From NCBI GenBank assembly GCA_000092065.1, contig CP000586.1: a DNA stretch of 64,000 nt. The stretch is one strand, 5' to 3'. The first letter of the stretch is position 1. Every line of letters begins with the position of its first letter. Of this stretch, positions 57,613-64,000 are shown one piece after another. The stretch comes from Ostreococcus lucimarinus. Its lineage: Eukaryota. The notes below the pieces were generated by a model. That model ran no database searches. It worked only from the letters and a program-made list of their open reading frames with translations, and had not been told where the DNA came from. Position numbers and translations under genes: made by a program.

Positions 57613-59043
57613 ATGCACGAGCGCGTACTCGATCGTCTTCGAACGCCATCCCCGAGTGCGATGCGCGACGCGCGCGCGTCGTACGAAACCCCGTCCCGGG
57701 CGCGACACGTGACCGCGCGGACGCCGGGCGACGCCGATCGCTCGCGCGCGCGCGCGTCGCACACCGGGACGCGACGCGGCCGACGCGCGAAGACTGCGCG
57801 CGATCCGAGCGCGATGCGCGCGTTCAACGCGCCCGCGGCGACGGCGACGCGCGGTGCGGTGACGACGGCGACGCGACGACGACGCGCGACGACGATGGAG
57901 GGACCGAGCGCGACGATCGCGGCGACGACGATGCGCGCGAGGCGATGGGAACGCGCGCGAGGGTGCGGGAACGGGCGCGCGGGACGCGCGGTCGTCGCGC
58001 GGGCGACGGCGAGGCGCGCGGCGGTGGATCTGCGGAAGGTGATCGAGGATTTGTGCGAGGGGGCGGATTTATCCGAGGAGGACGCGCACGCGGCGATGGA
58101 GGCGCTGCTGGACGCGGATCCGACGCAGATCGCGGCGTTTTTGGTGCTGCTCCGGGCGAAGGGGGAGACGGCGAGCGAGATGGCGGGGTTGGCGCGAGCG
58201 ATGCAGTCGAGAGCGGTGACGGTGGACGCGGGGGACGACGTGCTGGACATCGTCGGCACGGGGGGGGACGACGCGGGCACGGTGAATATTTCCACTGGAT
58301 CGTGCGTGTTGGCCGCCGCGGCGGGAGCGAAGGTGGCGAAACACGGTTCGCGATCGGTGTCTTCGCTGTGCGGGTCGGGCGACGTGCTGGAGGCGCTCGG
58401 CGTGGACATCGAGCTGGGACCGGAGAGCATGAAGCGCTGCGTCGAGGAAGTCGGCGTCGGATTTATGTTCGCGCCGAGATATCATCCGGCGATGGCGAAG
58501 GTCTCGCCCGTGCGCAAGGCGCTCAAGGTGCGAACGGCGTTTAACATGTTGGGCCCGATGTTGAACCCGGCGCACAGCAAGTACGCGCTCGTCGGCGTGT
58601 ACAGCACGGGGGTGCAGCAACTCATGGCGGACTCGTTGATGAAGCTTGGGATGAAGAAGGCGTTGATCGTGCACTCCATGGGATTGGACGAACTCACGCC
58701 GGCGGGACCCGCGGACGTCGTCGAGGTGACGCCGAGCGGCACGCGCGCGTACACGTTCGAGCCGAAGGATGTCGACATTAAGCCGTGCACGCTCGAGGAT
58801 TTGCGCGGCGGCGACCCGACGACAAACGCGAGAATTTTGCGAGCCGCGTTGGAGGGTGAGAAGGGCCCGGTCGCCGAGACCCTGATTTTGAATGCCGGCG
58901 TCGCTATGGCGGCCGCGCAGCAAGCGAAGGACGTCGTGGAAGGCATCGCCATGGCGAGAGAGGCGCACGAGAGCGGCAAGGCGGGCAAAACGCTCGACTC
59001 CTGGATCAAGCTCACCCAAGAATTGAGAAAGACCGAGGCGTAG
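57613..59043 (+). CDS. trpD: Anthranilate phosphoribosyltransferase (TrpD), probably plastid-targeted
   Basis: Family blocks ..LDIVGTGGDDAGTVNISTGSCVLAAAAGAKVAKHGSRSVSSLCGSGDVLEALGV..; FMFAPRYHPAM..; NMLGPMLNP.. are present. An Arg/Thr-rich leader runs from the ATG at 57613; an alternative start is at 57814. Confidence 0.85.
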   Translation: MHERVLDRLRTPSPSAMRDARASYETPSRARHVTARTPGDADRSRARASHTGTRRGRRAKTARDPSAMRAFNAPAATATRGAVTTATRRRRATTMEGPSATIAATTMRARRWERARGCGNGRAGRAVVARATARRAAVDLRKVIEDLCEGADLSEEDAHAAMEALLDADPTQIAAFLVLLRAKGETASEMAGLARAMQSRAVTVDAGDDVLDIVGTGGDDAGTVNISTGSCVLAAAAGAKVAKHGSRSVSSLCGSGDVLEALGVDIELGPESMKRCVEEVGVGFMFAPRYHPAMAKVSPVRKALKVRTAFNMLGPMLNPAHSKYALVGVYSTGVQQLMADSLMKLGMKKALIVHSMGLDELTPAGPADVVEVTPSGTRAYTFEPKDVDIKPCTLEDLRGGDPTTNARILRAALEGEKGPVAETLILNAGVAMAAAQQAKDVVEGIAMAREAHESGKAGKTLDSWIKLTQELRKTEA

Positions 59044-59109
59044 ATTTTTAATGCAGTTATTTTCGTTTCGCTATTCAATCAATGAGTGTTTCGTTACTAA
59101 ATGATCCGT

Positions 59110-60252
59110 CTACTTCTCGGCTTCCTGCTTCTTTGAAACCGCTCCCATCTGCGAAGGATCCATCGACGGGTACTTGGTCGCGTGCCCCACCGCGGCCGGC
59201 GCAGGCATGGGGATCGCCACATGCGCCGGCATATCTGGCGGTAAAGCCTGCCCATTCGCTGGAGCTTCCACACCTGGAGCCATCATCATCACGGTTGGTG
59301 GCGGTGCCGGCGCAGACCCTTGGTTGCCGCTCGCTTTTTTCGCCGCCGACTTGCCCCACTGGAGTCGGCATCGCTCTCCGTTGATTTCGAGATTTATCGC
59401 CGCATCTTCCGCCGCCTTCTCCGCACCTTCGCGCGTGGCGAAAGTGATGAACGCACATTTCTTCGTCCCAATCACGCGAATGCCCTTGATTTCGCCGTAC
59501 TGATAGAAGCGCGAGTTGATGTCGTCCTCGGTGACCTTTTCCGGGTCGACGCCGCCTACAAACAACGTGGTGATGCTCGCATCTTCGGGTGGCGTCAACT
59601 TTTGGCTCGGTCGCTCTTTCGCGCGTTTGAGCATTTGTTCCGCCACCGGATCGTTCGTCCCGAAGTATCTATCCTTAATATTTTGCTTTCTCAACTCTGG
59701 CGCCGCGCTCAGTTCCGGCATGTGCGTATCCCCGTTGCAAGGTCGATACGGACAATCGTTCCTCGTGCACGCGTTTCTCAACCAAAACGTGCATATCGGC
59801 GTTTTATTCTTGTTATAATACGGCTTCTTCCTCGCCAACCGCATCAACAGTTCGTTATTTTTCTCCTTCCCATCCTTCTCGTACGCGTCCTCGCCCTCGT
59901 CCAGCTTTTTCGCGATCTCATTCACCGCGAAATCCCGGTTCACCGAGCTCGACGGCAGCGCGCTCCCTCCCGCGCGTCCCAGCGCGGCGTCCCGCGCGGC
60001 GACGGGTATCCCGTAATCTAAATCCAGCAGGCACACCTGGCACACGTTCTTCGCCTGCGCGATCTCTTTGCACACCACCGTCTTCTTGTACCTCGCCTCG
60101 TTCCCGGGTCGCCAGCGAAACACGGTGAAGGGGCGACCGCTGATCGCGCACTCGCCGCCGAGCGGCATCTTTTGCACGCGCACGTACGGGTTGGGGCCGA
60201 GGCAGTCCTCGCACACCACCGGGAATTCCCTGGCCTCGGATTCGTCCGACAT
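59110..60252 (-). CDS. RBM22: Pre-mRNA splicing factor RBM22/Slt11 (zinc-finger plus RRM)
   Basis: MSDESEAREFPVVCEDCLGPNPYVRVQKMPLGGECAISGRPFTVFRWRPGNEARYKKTVVCKEIAQAKNVCQVCLLDLDYGIPV, a CCCH finger (ICTFWLRNACTRNDCPYRP) and an RRM (TLFVGGVDPEKVTEDDINSRFYQYGEIKGIRVIGTKKCAFITFATRE) are present. Confidence 0.9.
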   Translation of the reverse strand: MSDESEAREFPVVCEDCLGPNPYVRVQKMPLGGECAISGRPFTVFRWRPGNEARYKKTVVCKEIAQAKNVCQVCLLDLDYGIPVAARDAALGRAGGSALPSSSVNRDFAVNEIAKKLDEGEDAYEKDGKEKNNELLMRLARKKPYYNKNKTPICTFWLRNACTRNDCPYRPCNGDTHMPELSAAPELRKQNIKDRYFGTNDPVAEQMLKRAKERPSQKLTPPEDASITTLFVGGVDPEKVTEDDINSRFYQYGEIKGIRVIGTKKCAFITFATREGAEKAAEDAAINLEINGERCRLQWGKSAAKKASGNQGSAPAPPPTVMMMAPGVEAPANGQALPPDMPAHVAIPMPAPAAVGHATKYPSMDPSQMGAVSKKQEAEK

Positions 60253-60458
60253 GACGCCTCGAACGCGTCGCGGTGTGACGGCGGCGGTTCGACGCGGGCG
60301 TCCCGCGCGCGCGATGCGCGGCCGCAGCGACGCACACACGGACGCGCGCGCGCGGCTCGCGCGGCGGGACGCGCGCGAGCGCGCGAGGCGTCGTCAAGGG
60401 GGGCGATCTCGGCGCGCGGCGCGCGCGGCGACGAGAAAACGCTTCGGGACGGCGCGCG

Positions 60459-63350
60459 ATGGCGCGTTCGAACGATGCGGATGCGTCGGCGATGGCGTCG
60501 TTGGCGTCGGCGAGGCGGTACGCCTATCTCAGTTCGATCGTGCACGCGGAAGAAGACGATGAGGATGACGTCAGGACGCGCGCGATGGGGACGCTGAGCG
60601 CGATGGTGGCGAGCGTGGGGTTGGATGCGAGCGTGGCGCGCGCGTTGGAGAGCGTCGTGAGCGGGACGCCGAGCGCGAGCGCGCGGGCGCCGGGGACGTC
60701 GGCGAGTCTGCTGCCAGAGGTTTCGATGAAAGACTTTGAGGGGTATCTACGACGAACGCGGGAGCGCTACGCGGAGTTCGTGGAGCAGCGAGCGTACGCG
60801 GCGGCGGCGCGAGCGACGCCGGAGGAGCGGAGCGAGGCGCGGTTGCGGCGGTACGAATTAGAAGAGGGCGTGAGTGAATTAAGCAGCGTGCCGGACTTGT
60901 TCTTCGACGAGACGTTTGATTTGAGTCGACCGGAGACGTTTGCACGGGCGTGTGCGGGATTAGAGGATCAGAGCTTGCGGAATCTAGCGCGCGCTTCCAT
61001 GGATGCGCAGGAACATTTAAGCGCACACTTGGATACGATCGAGCAGCATTTGATTCGAGAGATCATCGCGAAGAGCGATGAGTTCTTTGATGCGCTCAAG
61101 GAACTGCGCGATCTTCACGACTCGATGACGGAGACCCAAATCACGGTTGGTTCGATGCGTCAAACCGTCAGGAACATTGGCGAACACTTGGTCAAGCCGG
61201 GGCAGCTCATGATAGACTTGAACGACAAGCGGGACAAAATGCAAGGATTGACTGAAAAATTTGCATCCATCGCCGCGCTTCAACAAATGCGTTTGGATAT
61301 GGACGTTTTCGTTGAGAGTACGGATTATCCAGGCGCGCTGCAAATCGCAGAGGATATTAGGAAAACTTTGGCGGATGACAGAGTGCTCGCCGAGTTGTCG
61401 TGTTTCAGAAAGCTTCCAGAGCACATCGAACGGACGGTCAGTAAAGTGCGAAACGTCATGATTAGTGATTTCGTAGCGGGTGCAAGCCTACCGAGGGACG
61501 CCAAGGCTGTCGTCTCCCCGAAAACACTCGAACATCTGTCAAAGGTTGCCGCGGCGAACGGATTGAAACCGCCGGCTGCGAATTTCAACGAAGCGCCCCA
61601 GTTTGGCGATAAGAGAGGAAACGTGCTCGACACTACGATTCCACCTTTTATCGCACTGTTATTTTCCGGAAGTTCCTTTGTTTGCGATGCACTCGAGGCG
61701 TGGTCGTCTGCTATGTCGGAAGACGTGCGCCAAATCGAGCACGTCGCCGTAGACGTGATGCTCAGTCGAGTCACGGGGGAGCGAGTCAAGAGCTCGACGA
61801 CGTGCATGGAAGAAGGCGTGTTTGACTCCGCGTACGCGAATGCTATTCGAAAGTTACCCGGTGAGGTCTTTGTGGAGATGCTCGTGGCGTTGACAGAGAC
61901 GTTCAACGCGTACTTTGAACGGGCCAACCAAATCAAACTCGTAATTCGTGGCGTCATCGGTAACGATGAAGAGGCTTTAACGCAGCTTCGTTCGATCGAT
62001 GAAAATTTAATATTGGCCGCGCACGAAGCCGCGACAAACTTTGATTACGTGTGCTCGCAGACCGCTTTGGCGACGTCTAATGAGGCTTTGAATAAAGTCA
62101 TAGACATCGCACAAGGACGATTTGCGAAAATTCTTGGCATTCGAGCTCCCATGAACATCAACTTGAGCGCTCGAGAGTTCATGCGAATCATGGATGCGAC
62201 GAACGGATTCTTAGACTTGGCCGAATCGCTTGGCAAGCATCGCTGTCTCAGCCTTCGTTCAACGGTTGCAAATCAAAGCAAAGCGTTCATCCGCGAGCAA
62301 CACGCCACGGCTTCAACAAAGCTCGTATCTTTGCTAGAATGTGAGACGTGGGCGCTCGCAAAGTTACCAAAACACTTTCAAGCACTCGTAGACGCATTAG
62401 CAGATGGTACGAGTAAGCTTCCAGATGTCATGAGCGAAGATGTAGGCGATGCATCGTTCGTCGTCGTGGCGGATGAAAAATTTCACCCAGTGAATAGCGC
62501 CGTGCTACTTCTGCAAATGTTGACCGACTACGTGCGCCTTGCGCGCCAGATTCCGTCTCTCTCCACGGAAGTGACGCATCGAACGATAGATCTCGTGAAG
62601 CAGTACAATACGGCCGTGTGTCAACTCATTCTGGGTGCGGGCGCGATGCAAGTGTCCAAGCTGAAATCCATCACTGCGAAACATTTATGTTTGGCGCAGC
62701 AGAGCGTTTCGCTCTTCGCATCTCTTCTTCCAACCTTGCAAGAAGCCATGTGCGCTCTAATCGAAGGCCCAAAACACGTCCTTCTTCGTCAAGAGTTCGA
62801 GCGGATGCTGCGAGATTTGAAGCTGCACAAGAGTGAAATTCACGACAAGCTCGTGAGCATCATGCGCGATCGAGTGGAGTTCCATTTGCACCGCTTGGCC
62901 TCAATCGTCGAGTCTCTGCGCGACGAAGGCAACGTAAAGCAAGTCGATGGAGCAAGCGATTTCGCGATTTCGTTAACGAAAGAGATGGGAACTTTGCGAC
63001 GCGTCATATGTGAATTATTATCTGAAGACGACAGACGAGACGTTCTTGGCCGCGTACGCGACGAAGCCGTCGCGTCGATCGTTTCGCGAGTTCAGTCTTT
63101 GGAATCGGGAGACAATTTGCGAATTATCGCGCAGCTGAGTGTTGACTTAGACGTTTGCGCCGATTCCATGAAGGAGATGCCGGTATCAGGCGCCGATGCG
63201 TCTGAAGACGCGCTTGCGTCGCTCGCGAGCGCATTTCGATTAAAAGTACCCCCGCCCGTCGTGAATGAACCGGCAGACGACGTCTCCGCGCGAGAAAAAG
63301 AACAAGTAGGGCAAAACAAAGCAGCGGACGATAAACCTAGCACCGATTAG
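60459..63350 (+). CDS. Vesicle-tethering complex subunit, VPS54/syndetin-like (GARP/EARP-type), tentative
   Basis: 963-aa ORF at about 50 percent GC. The mid-N-terminal region (..FFDETFDLSRPETFARAC..LEDQ..LDTIEQHLIREIIAKSDEFFDALKELRDLHDSMTETQITVGSMRQTVRNIGEHLVKPGQLMIDLNDKRDKMQ..) resembles the Vps54_N/DUF2451 organisation. The family call is from memory only. Confidence 0.4.
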   Translation: MARSNDADASAMASLASARRYAYLSSIVHAEEDDEDDVRTRAMGTLSAMVASVGLDASVARALESVVSGTPSASARAPGTSASLLPEVSMKDFEGYLRRTRERYAEFVEQRAYAAAARATPEERSEARLRRYELEEGVSELSSVPDLFFDETFDLSRPETFARACAGLEDQSLRNLARASMDAQEHLSAHLDTIEQHLIREIIAKSDEFFDALKELRDLHDSMTETQITVGSMRQTVRNIGEHLVKPGQLMIDLNDKRDKMQGLTEKFASIAALQQMRLDMDVFVESTDYPGALQIAEDIRKTLADDRVLAELSCFRKLPEHIERTVSKVRNVMISDFVAGASLPRDAKAVVSPKTLEHLSKVAAANGLKPPAANFNEAPQFGDKRGNVLDTTIPPFIALLFSGSSFVCDALEAWSSAMSEDVRQIEHVAVDVMLSRVTGERVKSSTTCMEEGVFDSAYANAIRKLPGEVFVEMLVALTETFNAYFERANQIKLVIRGVIGNDEEALTQLRSIDENLILAAHEAATNFDYVCSQTALATSNEALNKVIDIAQGRFAKILGIRAPMNINLSAREFMRIMDATNGFLDLAESLGKHRCLSLRSTVANQSKAFIREQHATASTKLVSLLECETWALAKLPKHFQALVDALADGTSKLPDVMSEDVGDASFVVVADEKFHPVNSAVLLLQMLTDYVRLARQIPSLSTEVTHRTIDLVKQYNTAVCQLILGAGAMQVSKLKSITAKHLCLAQQSVSLFASLLPTLQEAMCALIEGPKHVLLRQEFERMLRDLKLHKSEIHDKLVSIMRDRVEFHLHRLASIVESLRDEGNVKQVDGASDFAISLTKEMGTLRRVICELLSEDDRRDVLGRVRDEAVASIVSRVQSLESGDNLRIIAQLSVDLDVCADSMKEMPVSGADASEDALASLASAFRLKVPPPVVNEPADDVSAREKEQVGQNKAADDKPSTD

Positions 63351-63374
63351 ATCGTCCTCACGTGTATAACAATT

Positions 63375-63379
63375 GTAAA
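63375..63379 (+). terminator. TGTAA poly(A)-signal-like motif downstream of the VPS54-like stop
   Basis: ..ataacaatTGTAAagctaagc.. begins 25 nt after the TAG at 63348-63350. Confidence 0.35.
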
Positions 63380-63401
63380 GCTAAGCATCCTCACGCGCGC
63401 T

Positions 63402-63827
63402 TCAGTCGCCCAGCGCGTCCAATTTCGCTTGAATATCCGCCCTTCGTCGCCTCGCCTGCCTCCCCCATCCCGACGCCATCGATAATTCATACCTCAGCGT
63501 CTCTCGATCCCTCTCCCGCTCTCTCTGAGCCTTCCCATCCCGCACCATTCCGAGCGCGCTCGCCAACCCGCTCGCGACGCCCGCCACCGCCCCCGCGCCG
63601 AGCGCGAACACCAGCCCCCCGCCCGCCGCCGCCGCCACCAGCCCGCTCACCGCTCGAAACACCGACAATTCTTCCATCTGTTCCGCCTCGCGCGCCATCT
63701 CCTCCGCCGTCGCGCGCGTCTTTCGCGTCTTGTCCCCGTCGAACGCGCTCAATTGCATCGACCGCGCGGGCGCGCCGCGCGTCGTTCGCGCGCGCTCGCG
63801 CGCCGCGCGCGCCGCGCGTCGGAGCAT
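63402..63827 (-). CDS. Small hypothetical membrane protein (Gly-zipper TM helix, basic presequence)
   Basis: ATG at 63827 (MLRRAARAARERAR..). A hydrophobic Gly/Ala-rich segment LVAAAAGGGLVFALGAGAVAGVASGLASALGMV is followed by a charged C-terminus. The ORF track opens at a TTG at 63914. Confidence 0.35.
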   Translation of the reverse strand: MLRRAARAARERARTTRGAPARSMQLSAFDGDKTRKTRATAEEMAREAEQMEELSVFRAVSGLVAAAAGGGLVFALGAGAVAGVASGLASALGMVRDGKAQRERERDRETLRYELSMASGWGRQARRRRADIQAKLDALGD

Positions 63828-64000
63828 CGTCGCCGCGCCGTCGCCGCGCCGCGCCGTCGTCGCGTCGCGCGCGCCGGTCTGACGCCGCGCCGTCGCATCG
63901 ATTCGACGCGTCAATTCGCGTCGCGCCCCGATGGGCCGCGCGCGGCGCCAGGCCGCGCAGCGCGCGTTCGATCGCGAGCGCGACGATCGCGCCGCGCGCC

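Noticed and set aside
53447-58544. Multiple 300-530-aa ORFs (53447-54436 minus, 54420-55421 minus, 56937-58544 plus, 57240-58430 minus) overlapping the thioredoxin, hypothetical, RAE1 and TrpD genes
   Set aside because: They are GC-driven. Translations are dominated by Arg/Gly/Ala/Asp runs. They conflict with genes that have strong conserved signatures.
1-64000. Prokaryotic, phage or CRISPR interpretation of the window (operons, defence islands, CRISPR arrays, IS elements)
   Set aside because: Canonical GT-AG introns with branch points, eukaryote-only proteins (BEACH, CPAP, RAE1, RBM22, UTP11, LSm4, ATG1, prefoldin), organelle presequences and TGTAA signals show this is nuclear eukaryotic DNA. 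No direct-repeat/spacer arrays, transposase ORFs or terminal inverted repeats were seen.
1-64000. tRNA, rRNA or snRNA genes
   Set aside because: I saw no cloverleaf-compatible segment with conserved T-loop (GTTCRA) and anticodon-stem context in the short non-coding spacers, and no rRNA-like conserved blocks. A covariance-model scan would be needed to exclude small ncRNAs, especially in 32918-33642.

Overview
This window reads as nuclear DNA from a very GC-rich, gene-dense, intron-poor photosynthetic microeukaryote, not a prokaryote or phage. The evidence is canonical GT..AG spliceosomal introns with CTRAC-type branch points, exclusively eukaryotic proteins (BEACH/neurobeachin, CPAP/SAS-4, RAE1, RBM22, UTP11, LSm4, SBDS, prefoldin, ATG1/ULK), Arg/Ala/Thr-rich organelle-targeting presequences, and TGTAA-like poly(A) signals. 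A GC-rich prasinophyte-like green alga (Mamiellophyceae) is my guess; that is inference only. I can support about 36 protein-coding genes in 64 kb, mostly single-exon, packed head-to-head or tail-to-tail with intergenic spacers often under 100 bp. Four multi-exon models were reconstructed by hand: a 7-exon LRR-ARM-patatin gene, a 3-exon RPS11, a 2-exon RAE1 and a 2-exon Yae1-like gene. Recognisable products on the two strands are: plasma-membrane P-type H+-ATPase, Oxa1/Alb3 insertase, TGD2/MlaD-like MCE protein, glutathione synthetase, CPAP/SAS-4 G-box protein, prefoldin 5, TlyA-type methyltransferase, SBDS, LSm4, a 2430-aa BEACH-WD40 protein, an LZTR1-like Kelch-BTB protein, cathepsin-B-like protease, RPS11, ABCG half-transporter, UTP11, a small J-domain protein, a CASTOR/POLLUX/DMI1-like channel, organellar RF2, RIO2 kinase, ATG1/ULK kinase, an RseP-type site-2 protease, plastid L29, ribulose-phosphate 3-epimerase, MnmG/MTO1, a thioredoxin-fold protein with a WCPYC motif, RAE1, anthranilate phosphoribosyltransferase, RBM22 and a VPS54-like tethering subunit. 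The most novel candidate is the 7-exon gene at 641-4583, which fuses leucine-rich repeats, armadillo repeats and a complete patatin-like phospholipase catalytic domain. This is a sensor-plus-lipase-effector layout reminiscent of NLR/SARM-like or CBASS-patatin logic. It is also compositionally distinct: about 50 percent GC by eye and six short AT-rich introns, in an otherwise roughly 65-70 percent GC, nearly intronless neighbourhood. Further observations are short tandem duplications inside bidirectional promoters, a 72-bp perfect tandem duplication in the ATG1/S2P spacer, GC-rich versus AT-rich intron classes, convergent genes sharing 3-prime ends only 34-58 bp long, and a CASTOR/POLLUX homologue and a centriolar CPAP homologue. 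Many long ORFs in the six-frame track are GC-driven antisense artefacts and are rejected. All coordinates were read by hand and may be off by 1-2 nt.
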